Assembly: GCA_030141605.1 (NCBI GenBank)
Contig: JAQGDQ010000550.1
Span: 1 to 64,000 of the forward strand
Length of the DNA stretch: 64,000 nt
Source of the DNA: Tubiluchus corallicola
Taxonomy: Eukaryota; Animalia; Priapulida
Direction: 5' to 3'
The translations under genes were made by a program, and so were the position numbers. A model generated the notes under the pieces. The model did not search any database, had not been told where the DNA came from, and saw only the letters and a list, made by a program, of their open reading frames with translations. Position 1 is the first letter of the stretch. The number at the start of each line of letters is the position of its first letter. Shown here in pieces: positions 25,536 through 38,534 of this stretch.

Positions 25536-26366
25536 CTTTCATTGCATGTAATGTCTGTAGTGGACGTAAAAGGTCAAACTGGCAACATGTTTCCAAACTA
25601 CTGAAATCTATCTTGCGTCTTTCCTTGCTGCAAAGACTACTCTCCGCCAGGTTCAGGTTAGCTTGTTATAAGCTGTGTTATGAACTAAAACATGTGTATT
25701 TGCTCCACAAAGAAGACCAGACAGCGCCGAAAAACAGCAAAGGCTCAAATTTCTTAACGACTAAGTTTTACCAGTTTTGTTTCTGAAGCCTAACTGCACT
25801 GGTTTAGAGTAACTAGACCATACATTATGCAATCGCCAATAGTTTAATGCTTTAGCTGTAAGCAAACATCGCAACAACACGTTTGCACCAAGCCTGTAAG
25901 TACTGTTTACCACACCTGCAAGAACTCCTTACAACACCTTAAGCCTTTGCTCCGTTGAGCAATTACATCATGCAAAGTTCATGCCCCCAGCAGGTTGCAG
26001 TTAGCCTGCAATCAGCACAAACATTCGAATAAACATTCTCATTTGCAAGGAAGAGAGATAAGCCAGGATCATCAAATAGTAGACAGCTGAGTGAAATGTT
26101 TCTTGTTTACAGAATAAACTTTTTATGCTGTTGATCAGCTTGACTTACACCTGTTGTATTTCTCCACTTACCAGCAACAAGTTTTCACTTCCTAACCTTG
26201 TACACTGCATTCTTCAATTTTGTCAAACGCTTCTGACAATAAATTAACTCTACCCTGACACAATTAAAATGGAGTAACAAAGATTACAATGCATGTACCG
26301 GAGTTCTTACTTAATGATCGTTCGTTATCACTGGCAGGAAATGAAAAATAAACATGAAACACCTAC

Positions 26367-27485
26367 TATAATCAGATTTGAAGCCGAACCCTGCCTGGCT
26401 TCTTCAACGTCCATCGAAGTGTCAACAGCTTCAATTTCATTTTTGTTATTAGGATCTTGTACACTAATTGCATGCTTTTCCGACGTTGATAAATTCTTAT
26501 TTGTTGGGCTGACGTCTTTCAGTAAACACGGATTGGCTGCCTCTTTGTTCTGGAGACCATAGACTGAATTTTCACGGAAACCAGTGTTTGTTTTTAAATC
26601 TTTATCCTGTTTTAACTCGGCTTTGGCTATAATGTTTTGATCATTGGTACTTTCAACCCGATTTGTTTCGAGCGAATTTTCACCATTGCTTGCCTGCTTA
26701 TTTCTTTTAGTATCACTTGACTTTATTGAGGAATCAATCACTGGTTCATCTAATCCAAGTGGTAACGTAAATTCTACGTCAACATCTTTTGTCAATGGTA
26801 GACTTTCGCGAGCAACGATATCTTGTGTCGTAGCTTCTTCATCAGACACTTTTGTTGAAGGATCACTTTGTTTGTTTATGTTTATTTTCAGATCAACTGT
26901 CGCATCAGCAAAATTGTCTGTTTGTATTTCACTTTGGTCTTCGGCTTTTCTCTCAGTTTTTTCTATATCTGATGTAACCTTTGTTTTATTACTTTGTATG
27001 TTAAGTATTGCATGAGCATTGTTATTTTCATTTTGATTAGTGTTCTGATCAACTTCTTTTGTATCTACCTTCTTCGAATCGGTACTACTACTACTGATAT
27101 CTGTTTCAGAAGCACTGCCATCATCATCTGGTTGGTTTTTGCCTGCACCAGTTTCTTCCCTTTCTTTTCTTTCATTTAAATCTACATTACCAGCTTTGCT
27201 GACAGTATCTTCCCTGACTTCTGGAGACGATACATCATCGCTATCCTGTTCATCTAACAGGCTTTCATCACTTGAATTGCTGTCACTTTTTCCATCTCCT
27301 TTATTATCACAATTTTTTTCCTTATCGTCAGTTTTGCTTGCAACTTCTGCACCATTAGCAGCATCTTGCTCGTCACTCGCGCTACCATAAACATTTTCTG
27401 CATCATTATCATCATCAGAGCTATCCGCACTATCTACGTCATCACTTGATACATCAACATCTTCTTCTGATGTAACATCATCCAT
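26367..27485 (-). CDS. Long acidic low-complexity coding exon (373 codons); probable alternative first coding exon of the RASSF7/8 gene, or a separate single-exon gene ending at 26328
   Basis: More than 1.1 kb open in AT-rich DNA. The start is GCCATGG at 27485 with an in-frame TGA just upstream, and the product is D/E/S/N/K-rich. A candidate phase-0 donor ATA|GTAGGT lies at 26367/26366. No recognisable domain. Confidence 0.6.
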
Positions 27486-30464
27486 GGCTGACACACTTTC
27501 AGTTGATCAGACATAAAAAGCAACAGCACATGCAAATCTTATGACACCACAAGCGAATAGCTGAGCACAAATAAGTAGTGACCTGGACGAAACAAATTAA
27601 ACAGCTTCACAAACCAAATTCTTCAAGGCCAAATGTATGCATACGCGTTTAAACAGATGTAATCTTTGGCTTCTCGGAGGAGAAGATTTCAATCGCTGTC
27701 TGCAGCGGAATGTAGCTTGAGAAGCTGGCCATGTGTAAACACAGTCTGTTGCATCCAGCGAATGAGGTCGTATCAACCCATCTATACGGAGGGGTGGGCT
27801 TACCAACGGGCTAGGAAAGTGCTTTTCATTAATGGGAAAAAGGAGACGGTATGGGTGCCCTGTACACAGTCACAGAAGTGTGGATAATCTGAATAAGCTG
27901 GAACTACAAGAGTGAATCAAGCAAGCTTGTATCAAAAGCTGGAAAAGGAATTACTAAACCCAAAACTTTAGCTTGTACAATATGGGGAGACCTCCTGGAG
28001 AGACAAATGAGAAAAGTATGCCTGACTAAAATACATTGACGCTCAATTGCCCATTGCTTTACAAGCATAATTTAGTTTTTATCTAATATTTGGGATTCAC
28101 TGCAGCAGCAAGAGCACGAATGGAGTTATAAGTTGTTAGCATATAATTTGCGATTTAATATGATTGGATGATCTAAAACGTGGAAAACTGCTGTCCAATT
28201 TTAGAAATTTAGCACTCGCTCTCCAAAAGTGCGAAGAACACATTACACTCTAGGCAAAAAGTCCTAAATACTATATATATGACCCGATCAGGGAATGTTG
28301 GCTTAACACCATGCAGAGAGAAGCAAAAAAACCAACGCGCTTTCGTAAACAATCCTTTCTTTCGTAATTGGTACATGCTCTATCAACTTCACGGTACAAA
28401 CAAGCCCGCTGGGGAGCTGATGAAGCCAGCAATCATCATCTCATTTGAAAGAGTTAATGGCAAGTAAATTATGCGTAACAGCTGAGAATGTGTGACTGTG
28501 AAGAAGCTATCTTCGTCGAACATTTTTAGAGCATTTTTGCAGAAAGACGGTTAATGAAACTGGCTTCAATGTATTTAGGTTTCACTTGCTGCATCGATAA
28601 AATCGCCCATTTCAAATAAATCATGCTTAGAAGAAAGCTAAACAATCAAATTGATACTGGTTCGTTTACTAGCAATGTATCGTAAAGCTTGCACCATGCG
28701 AATGGATACGCCACAAAAATGTGAAAAACTGTTTTCCAAAAAAAACATAGCAGCTGAGAATGTTAACCCACAGAAACCCAAAAAAAACATCAATAAGCTT
28801 TAGCGTTGCCAGAGCTGGCAACGTTGGTTGAGTGAATTTGCTGTTGTCGACAAATAACGGGAGATGCATTAAACATGTACAGAATAACGGAAACGATTCT
28901 TTTCAACAGATTTATAAAGGTAGTAAAAATGAAATAGAAACAGATACAAAATTGTCTGCAAAGTGAAAATTTCAATCTATTATAGCTCCTCTACAAGGAT
29001 TCGCCAATGACGTAGAAGAAATTACACAATTTCAAGAACAAGGAAAGGAAACATTCTAATTAAATCGAATGATGTTTTTGCAATGACCTTGGTGTTTGTT
29101 TTCAGCACCACCTTAAGCGATCCAATTTCTGCTGGGTGATTTTTTTTCCCTGGAAACGCAAACTTTCATTGATTTCAAATTGGCAGTTTTCCAATATATT
29201 TACAGGCTGTGAACTTTTGGTGCACAGTTGAAGCACGGCGAAATAAGATACAGGGGTGGAAGAATGTGCAAAAAATGCCGCGGCCTTCAAAAAATTAGCA
29301 CCAGACGGATTCATTAGCACGTTATGTGGCTGCTTCTCACTACACAAAGCGCATAATGGCGGCTTGCTAGTTTGCTTATTTAAACTAAGTGCATTAGTAG
29401 GTTTTTAGTGGTTTTAGGTTGTCTGGAAACAAAATTCGTTCATCTTTTTCATTAAATGCAACTGACCTACATCTGGAAAAATTTAAATTACGTAAAACTT
29501 TATAAATCCGCTTCAAAATTCCAGAAAATAAAAGCGAGTGAAACAAAGTCTTCGTGCAGTCAACATTCGCATTAATACAAGCTTCATGTCAGTTTGTAAA
29601 AACCGTATGAACATACCACAGGTAATTCTAAACAAACTGCAACAGTCACACGAATTTAACAACAATTCACAACTACGGGTTAACAGTAATAGTTCCCAAC
29701 ACGAACAAAGCACAATACCAACCTCATTTGTCCTTTTCTTATTACACCATCTTCCACAGAACATTTTTGCCCTCCTTTAAGCTTGAAAAAACCGCCACCA
29801 AACATTTAAGCATTAGATTGTACAACACGGCCACTGTCTGCATTAATGCCTTGTTGAGTTATAGGAAAAGCCGAGAAATGAGTTTGTACAGGATACTTGC
29901 GGAACAGAGCAAATAATGCTGGTGCCAAAGGACTAACATAGTTGAACCATACAGTCAGAGCCTGAACCAGGAATCACAAATCATGTGGATTCAGGCAACA
30001 AAATGATGCAACCGAGCAAATCAAACTAGAATTCCAGTAAACTCATAACAAATTTTTAATAGCAATGAAAACGACCGCTTTGATATATAAGAAGTGTATA
30101 AACAGAAAAAAATTCTGGTATATTTAATACGGTGCTATGTAACTTCACAATGTACTTATATTTTGTAAAATGCTGAAGCTATGGAATAACGTCACATAAA
30201 CAGCATTGAAATTGTGGATTTTGGACGCTTAGATTTAGTATGTGGTGTTTTTGGCCAGAATAGTAATTTTTATTAGTTTATTGCTGTAATCTCTTTAAGA
30301 TGTGTATTATGCAATGATAAGGAGCAGGAAAGAGCAATGTGAAACGGCATCTTTTTAGCCAGGTACCTCCGTAGTAAAATCAATGCCATGTTGAGCGTAG
30401 GGTAATATTAAGCTCAGAAGATGGAGCAGCTCATTTCATTTTTGACTATTTCATTATACAATGT

Positions 30465-30554
30465 TCGTCGTCGTCGTCACCATCACAATTATCATCATCA
30501 TCATCATCGTCATCGTCATCATCATCTTCATCATCATCATCACTATCATCTTCA
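30465..30554. repeat. (CAT/CGT)n trinucleotide microsatellite
   Basis: Imperfect TCG/TCA triplet run. Confidence 0.9.
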
Positions 30555-33500
30555 CCGATTCCCCGTTTTGACTCTTGGACAAACTTATTTACTAATTCTA
30601 GTATCAAAAGTGCAGCAGTCTCAACTCTGGAAGCCTACAACTGTTGAGATCTCTATCAGCTTCCCCAATCCAAACTGTTGTTAGTCTACGACGTTGTTTT
30701 TAAAAAAAACCTTAGCGGAGTTTCCAGAATAACTTGCTGGAGTTTCTCTTAATAATTGGCGATTGAGCATGATCCACCTAATAAGTTCTAAGTTCTAATC
30801 ATAACTGCCCGCAAGCACAAAGTCTTAGGTTCGAGACTCAGTGAACATACAACATACAGACTTTATAATTTAGTATCGTTTTCGTGGATTCTTGGTTCGG
30901 TTCCATAACGTAATTATAATATAGCAATACATGTAGTTACTCAAACACTTACTATATTACTAGTCAACTCAAACACTTATTATATTACTAGTCACGTGAC
31001 AAGTACAGCCTATCATGATAAAAATACGCAAAACATACCAATTAAGCGTACGCCACCTAAAATTAATGTCAGCTTGACCTATTAAACCAGAATGCAGAAC
31101 TTAAATGAGGTAGTTTGATGGGAGGATAAATTTTTGCTGCTAAATACCGGTTTGGAAGGTTAATCTATTGCCGTGTGTGGTGTTTGAATTGGTGGCAGTT
31201 TAACAGTCAGTTAAAAGATTTCCGTATTATCAACACCATCAGAACTTCAGTATGTTTAACACACTAAAATAAAGAAACAGCGACGAAAATAGAAGTTTAT
31301 GAATCGATAAGAAAAGAACGATTTGCGTATCAAGAATTCAAGTTAGTTTGAGAAAACTCAGAATAAAATAAAATAAGAGGATCGCAGCGTACGGCTCACT
31401 CCAATAGTGATCACAACTCATATAAATGGATATAAGCATCAAAAGTTCAAAACTATCAGCTATGCTAATACAGTGGTAGTGTCTTGCCAATTAATACAAG
31501 GCCATCCGTAAAAGCCACTTACTTTCAAAAACAAGATCTTCGAAATACAAAATCGTCTTATTTATATATGACTTGAGAATATTCAAAAGATCACCTACAG
31601 GAGGCAGCAGCAGTTAACATAATTTAATGAAATTCCAACGTTGTTTGTAATTTCACCCGAAGAGGATTAACTTTATATTCATAGAATTATGATGATGTAA
31701 AAAGTTGAAACTCTGTGACGACTGATCCTAGTCTACACTGAGCTTTTAATCTTACGTGGATTAGTAACTGACTTTACAGGAGTTAATCTCGCGGATTATC
31801 AGAGATTCACACCAAGCTTAAGTCAGCGAGACGTTAATGGGGGGCTGTAATGATTCCATTGAACTTCACAATCTTTTCAAGGCTTCTTACGAGTCAAGAT
31901 GAATTTTGATGATAAGAGAAGATTTCCACAATTCAACACTGAAAGTGAGAAGACGCTTACTAGGCTCACCTCGGAGAAGTTCAACCGCAGTTGTAAGTGG
32001 GTGGGGGTGCTTACACGACAAGGTGGGGGTGAGAGTACATGAAAGCGAGGGTATGGTAGAAAATACATCCGCCCCAAGCGAAAGAAATTTTTAAAAGCAA
32101 TGTAGGAGGCTAGAATAATTTTGCTGGCTGGCACTCATTCATTTACAACTAGGTCTAACGCTGCGTAACTTCACAGCCAAGCAAAGGGCCTAGGTGATGA
32201 TTTAACTATTTGCTTCGGCTCAGTATAAGTTACAACATTAACTGTGTCTATGGGAAAATGAAAGGCGCGTGGAGGTTAATGACGAGAAACAGGGGGTTGA
32301 TCACGATTTTACATCCGCCACAATAAATTAGTGAAGTGAAAGACGATATTCAAGGCGCGATTGATTAACGAAGACAGATTTATGCTCTACTTGGCATTTT
32401 TACTCCTCCTATAAAGCCAAGGTACAGCATTGAAAGGAAAGTAAACGCACTTGGTATAATTACTGCTCTTCGTCTGGCGTAAAATCTATTTACATAAGTG
32501 CACTAACTTAGTAAGTATGTACAGAGAGCAGTTTATGGGTTGCAAAACAAGCAAGCTTCGTTGATATGATGTATACCGTTTTACGAGTCTGCATTCAATT
32601 TGTAGATGTATAAATGTATGAGAAAAAACTGATGTGTACAGTGCTAGTAAAAGCCTAGTATTATAGTACTATTAGATTAGCTAGTGTTATAGTGTTGCCT
32701 TTATATATTATACTAGTCCAAGTTCTATTTCACCTGCACATTTACCATGGATCCAGTTCTTATTTTGCCAAGTGAAATCTACTCTAACTCATACATTTTC
32801 ACTAAAAACTAATACATATTCTAAGTTAAACGTATTGCTCTTTTAAATGACTACATCTTCCCCCTCCAATCATGAAAGGGATTAGATTGTATGAACGCTT
32901 ATTACTGAATCAATTACCAGTTTGAATGTCGTTTTAAACAGAGAATTTAGTCAGAATACCGTATGTATAACTAGAGTCTCGCTCACGTGAAAACCACTTT
33001 CTGCTTGTTGAAACAGCTTAGTTTCTCAACGTGACATGTTGATTTAACATGAAAGCAAGTTTGGCAGCCTGTGAAGAAGTCAAGTATTGGCTGTGATCCG
33101 AAGTAGAGGGCGTCCAAGAACCAGTAGTTATTTGTCACAGTAATTCTACAGCTAACCTTTGTAAATACCCTTTGTATTTAATCACACAAGAAATTAATAA
33201 ACAAAAACAACGAACGAATATCTTCATTGCAAACACTGCCTTGTTAAAAACTTTTGCTTATCCACATGCATTATTTAAAGCAATTCAATCAATTCTTACG
33301 TGACAAAAGAAAGACATTGCTTGATTTTATGGGCCATTAATTCTCCATGGTGCTATGAAACACAAAATTGTGTGTAATAACACAGTCAGTTTGTTTCGCA
33401 AATTATGAGTCATTAACTCGTTCTGTTATGTTTTATGAGTTTCATTTAGTTTAGTTTACTCATTCTCCAATAATTATTTACATTAACCTAAATATTATTA

Positions 33501-34597
33501 AACTGCAACCAATTTGACTAATACACTTTGTACTAGGAAACCGAAAATGTGGAAATTTTACCAGGCAGAGTACTTACGATGAACCCATGTTATCGAAAAA
33601 TTTACTGCCACCTTCTCTATTGATGACAGGCTGATGGCGACGACACTATTGATACGAGTGAAACTTAATCTTTCAAAGTCTTACTAAAGAAATTCAAGTT
33701 GATTACGATAAACAGATGTAATTAATCAAAAATAAGAATGCTATTAATCTTGAGTATCTTCTTAATTAAGTTCATCAGGAGTCAGCATGTGATTCATACT
33801 TGCGACTCCAACTTCGGTTTACTGAGTCAAGTTGAAATATAGTCTGTAGTGTAACGATGTTTAAACTGATAGTTTAGTAGGCCTGTGGATCAAAACATTA
33901 ATTGCTATCGATGATTTATGACGCTTGAATCACGTACAGAATAACTTATATACTCACACCAAAGCTACACACAGGGGGCCAATGGAAAATTATTAACTAG
34001 AAAGCAGACGTCTTGTTTGTTTACTTAATATTCCTTTCAACACCCACTCTTGATGAATTTCTAATTTTGACATGTTTACTGAAGTTTACTAATCATACGC
34101 GTGATTAAGGTTGCATTATGTTAATCAATTCCTTAGACTGCCCCCCATCGGTTTTTCATTTAAGCCGTCGCAAGTACACTCGTGAGAAACTCTGCTGTGT
34201 GTAACATTTAACTCATCAATTAAAATGCAAGGCACAGTTCCGGCAGTTAACTGTATTTCCTTCAGTTTTGTCTCGTAATTGTCAGCCTAAATTGTAATTT
34301 AATTTTTTTAAGTAGCGCAGTACATTACACTCACTATGCAGTACTTCTTGAATTTAGATAGAATCACAATACATACATATTATATTTAATTATTATGATG
34401 TACAGACTATTATTAATATTGGAACAATTCATAAATAATTACATTTTTGATCACACCAAACTTTTAGTCTCAAAATTAACAGAAATAAAATTAATTATTT
34501 GTTAGAATTTCTCTAGTGAGAGCGGTCTAACACTGGAAATTCTGAATTCGTTTGGTTAGGTATAGGGGTGAATTTTGGACTGCATTGATCACTGGGA

Positions 34598-34671
34598 GAT
34601 ACAGTAGCCCAGTGGACTAGGGCGTTTGCTTTGTAAGCAGAAAGTCCTTAGTTCAAATCTGGATTATATCT
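34598..34671 (+). pseudogene. tRNA-Thr(TGT)-like pseudogene or tRNA-derived SINE head
   Basis: It folds into a cloverleaf by eye: acceptor GATACAG/TTATATC (one mismatch), D stem GCCC/GGGC, anticodon stem TTTGC/GCAGA with loop TTTGTAA (TGT at 34632-34634), and T loop TTCAAAT. The T stem is weak (CTTAG/CTGGA). T-runs follow. Confidence 0.7.
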
Positions 34672-35639
34672 CAACTTTTCACATTTTTTATCAAATATCA
34701 AATATTTAACTAATTATCGGTTTGTTATATTTTTACATTTTATGGTTTTATAAGTACAAACAGAGAAAGTGAGAGAATCTTCATGACAGTATTATATACA
34801 TTGACAACACTAAGCCTATTCAATGTAACAACATATTTGTTGTTTTGTTTACTTAGTGTTTGTTATAATTTAATTTAAACAAGTTTTTACCAGACTGAAA
34901 ATGCAGGTTCCCTTAAAATATCATCATTATTATCAAATAATGTGGATTACCAAAATTTTATAATAACCTTGATGAGGATTCAGAAATTGTGGGATCAAAA
35001 ACTGTATATTTTAAAAGCATGCAAAAACTTTTCTACAAATATAAAGCACAAAACAAATAATAAAGATTAAATAAAAATAGATGCTAAAATAACTTTTTCA
35101 GACTTTCTGTTTAATACTGCTTTCGTGAGTTTATAGACTTTCTGAAACAGCACTGATTAAGAAGCGTAATTATATGGGCAATAAATAAGCACGCATGAAG
35201 GTTCACGACCCATTGAAACAGTCATGCCCTCTAAACTAAAAAGCATTTGGGCTACTAAAGTGTTAGATAAAATTTTCAATTATATTTTAACATGTATCTA
35301 GCAATACTTCCTGGTCTAACATCCTTTATTCTTGTGCGTTTGCTACACTGACAATGTTTTATTGCAAACTTCAAAACGCAATTCGAATAATAAAATCGAT
35401 GTTCTGTAGTTAATGTTACGACTTATTCTTCTCGTAAAAATTTAATAAAACAAGTTTTGGATGGCTCAATCTTCATATTATATTACGATATATTAAGGTT
35501 ACCGACAAATTTATAGCAGTAGTTAGATCTATAGTACTGTACACGACAGTTTTGAGTTCAGGAATTTATCTATGTAAAAAATTAAGCATCCAGCAAAATG
35601 AAGGTTATACTATGACTTATCATAACCAGAACTCACTGT

Positions 35640-36860
35640 TTGAATATGAAAAAACACAATTATGAGAATGAGAGGAGTCAATAAATCTACACAAACTGAA
35701 GTTTTGTTAAGTCGTTCGATAGCTCTTTCACAGACATCAACTTTCGAATAGTTTAATTACGATTGACTTAATATAGTACGACCGACTATTCTACGAAAGC
35801 ATAATTAAGCAATATTTGGATCTCCTTCGAGTCTCTTGCCCATGCAATACGCTGATGATACTGCATGGGTGGGTAGCAACTAACATTGCTAACATAGAGA
35901 GGCTGTGAAAGAAGGCGTAACAATTCCTCTGAGAAATTTCAATCTAGAAATAAATGACACCAAAACAGAACAATAAACAATACAACGTGATCGAGACACG
36001 TCTTGGAAGAATTGTAAATATGTATTTTGGTAGTTTGCTAAACACAGAAGCTGACATACCACGCAGAAAAATATTAGCGTTGCCTGCATATTCTATGATC
36101 ACAAACATTTATGAAAATTCGAATTTTACTACAGAAACTAGACCATATATTCTCTTATCACTTGTAGTACCTATATTACTGATTGATTGAATACTTTTAT
36201 TTCGGAACAAAGTCCATATTACAATACAAATTATAGTTCACAAACAAACATTATACATATAGATCAATATACAATTATCGGTTAGTAGTGTCTCACAATT
36301 AAATACAGCTAATTAAGTATTTACGATATTTACAACTTTGCTTTATTTGGCTACAGTATATAGGCATTTATTCTAATGCTTATACAACCTAGATATAAAT
36401 AAACAGTCATTGTTAAATATATTATTTATCAATTCATTGTAGGTGTCAGTAGCTCTAATTTTTAGTGAATAAACAGCAATATAATTACTGTATAATTCTG
36501 AATTGTGGACAGTCAAAGTTACAAAGGAGAATGAAAACAAATCTTTCTTAACACTGTCCTAAGATGTCTGTAGAGAAAGATGCTGGGTACAAAATGGTCA
36601 AAGAAAATTTCAAATTAGAATCTATATGAGTTGACAAAGAAGAAGGAGGAATAGAGTGAGGTCATACAAGCTTACAGAAGCGTCGGTTTACATTACCACA
36701 TTACCACAAGATTTTCCACTTATAAAAGCGTTACATAAAGCACTAATACCTGGAAAAAACAAAAAGGTGGACAGCTGACCACATACTTTGATGTTCTGAA
36801 GAAAAACTTATTAAATACTCCACACGACTTAAACAACGTAGATACTTTGCATACCGAAAT
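35640..36860 (+). mobile_element. Decayed RTE-clade LINE reverse transcriptase fragment, interrupted by an insertion
   Basis: LLPMQYADDTAWV (YADD at 35848-35859), NFNLEINDTKTE, WKNCKY.GSLL and ADIPRRKILA. After the insertion come LLYNSELWT, KMLGTKWSKKISN and KGGQLTTYFDVLKKNL. Many stops and frameshifts; the left boundary is approximate. Confidence 0.8.
36182..36483 (-). mobile_element. 302-bp LINE 3' end (L2/CR1-group-like) nested in the RTE fragment
   Basis: Flanked by the direct repeat ATTACTG (36175-36181 and 36484-36490). The minus strand ends GAAATAAAAGTATTCAATCAAT, a poly(A) signal plus a short-repeat tail. Removing it restores VVPILLYNSELWT. Confidence 0.7.
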
Positions 36861-38225
36861 AAGAATGAAAAATTGTGAACATTATATCTCCATCGCGCTT
36901 TGCTGAAATAAAACTAAAAAATAAATTTGTGCTACGATATTCTATAAACATCAAATTATTGCCAGCACCAGAAGGTGTGTCTGTTTACACACAATTCTTT
37001 TTATGTGAAACGGAAAAATAGCAGTTTTCATCATGTGACAGCGGTGGCTTTCATCTCAAAAACGCTTTAGGTTACGATGTTCGAAACTTCCAATGTTTAT
37101 CCTGGTTGATATGCATTACAAGCGAGTTAAGTGCTAGAAACATTTTCTACGCGTTTGCATTATTTTGACACGAAAAGCGACAGCTAATATTAATCTGAAA
37201 ATGAAATCACAGGTGTGAATTGCGGAAAACGTAATGCTGGCAAGTTGCCAAATTTTAAAACTCAGTTTCTAATTTAAAGATTGAATAAGACAAACCAGTG
37301 AATTAAGTAAGCGCCCACTGGTTAAAGACGGTCGATACCTGTTTGGTTGAGTTTTATAAAATTTTGACAAAACAGTTAGTTGCATGTCTCTAATACAGAA
37401 GGAGCACTTTCTGTACGTTAATAAAGGCACGTTTCAAGTTTCTTCCATCGATGCTGTAAGCCTGGTATGCAATATAAGAACCAATCATACATTTAAGGAA
37501 GAATACAGAATACGGCACTATTCCGGATCCTTACATTAATATGTATGCAAAGTTCTACACCCAAGAAATTTAAATAGACGCACAGTTTTTTCTAGTGTAT
37601 TAGTACTATAATCCACACTGCTTAATTGTTTCAGATTTACACTTGTTTATTTTTTCACTAAATTTCTAACAAAGCTAGCAAACACAACAACTTTACAAGC
37701 AACGTCACGTTGCTTACCTGCTTTTACTGCAAGGTATTTGTCTGCATTCCTGCAGGCTTTGTCACACTGATTAGAGATTGGGGTGAATCAATCTTCGTAA
37801 AATCGCCATATTGCCAAAAAGTAAAAAATACCGTTCACGTGTGCAATACCTCACAGGCTCACATATACATAAATACACAATAGACGAAACAATATTAATT
37901 TCCATGCTGCTGCAAACGGCTGCATATGTAATATAGTCATTTTATTCGTGTTGTATTATTTAACATGGGAACCACGTTTCGAATGTACTGGTTAGTTACG
38001 TAAATTTCATACACCTAAATCTGTGATGTGAACGCTCTACCTGCACACTATTAGCATGAACAGCATTACTTAAATGCACTTGATAGAATACGAATACACT
38101 ACGAAGTGAAACTAATACAATTTTTAATTTAGAAAACGATAAAGTACTGACATTAAATTTGCTAAGTTACACAAGATGTTCCATTGCAATTGTATTACTT
38201 GCAATACTACTAAATTAATCATGGC

Positions 38226-38534
38226 TAAAATTCGAACAGAACATTACAAATGTTTAGCAAAGCCTGTCGTAATTAGAACCATAAAATATAAATAGTAATA
38301 AGGAAGTATTTTCTAAATTATAGTGAAAAGATTTATTATCACAATTAGTTTTAAGCTGCTTTACTGACTTCGTGATGTCATTTCTCCCATTTTTGTAAGC
38401 AGTATCTCTTATGTAATTTCATTGTTTTATTGCTGAATGCGTCTTTTACTTTTTCTTTATTTTTATTGTATTTACACTTTGTATTCAGTTGTTGCTGCTA
38501 TAGTGTGACTTTTTAATAAAACCTACTATTTATT
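38226..38534 (+). mobile_element. LINE 3'-end fragment, copy 1 (homologous to 60127-60410)
   Basis: KIRTEHYKCLAKPVVIRTI resembles the RTxRxKxSxxPxAIRxLN ORF2 terminus of CR1-group/Rex-Babar LINEs. It has a T-rich UTR, AATAAA and a (TATT)n tail, and aligns by eye with copy 2 over ~290 bp. Confidence 0.7.

Noticed and set aside
30421-30684. Poly-His ORF
   Set aside because: Translation of a (CAT)n microsatellite.
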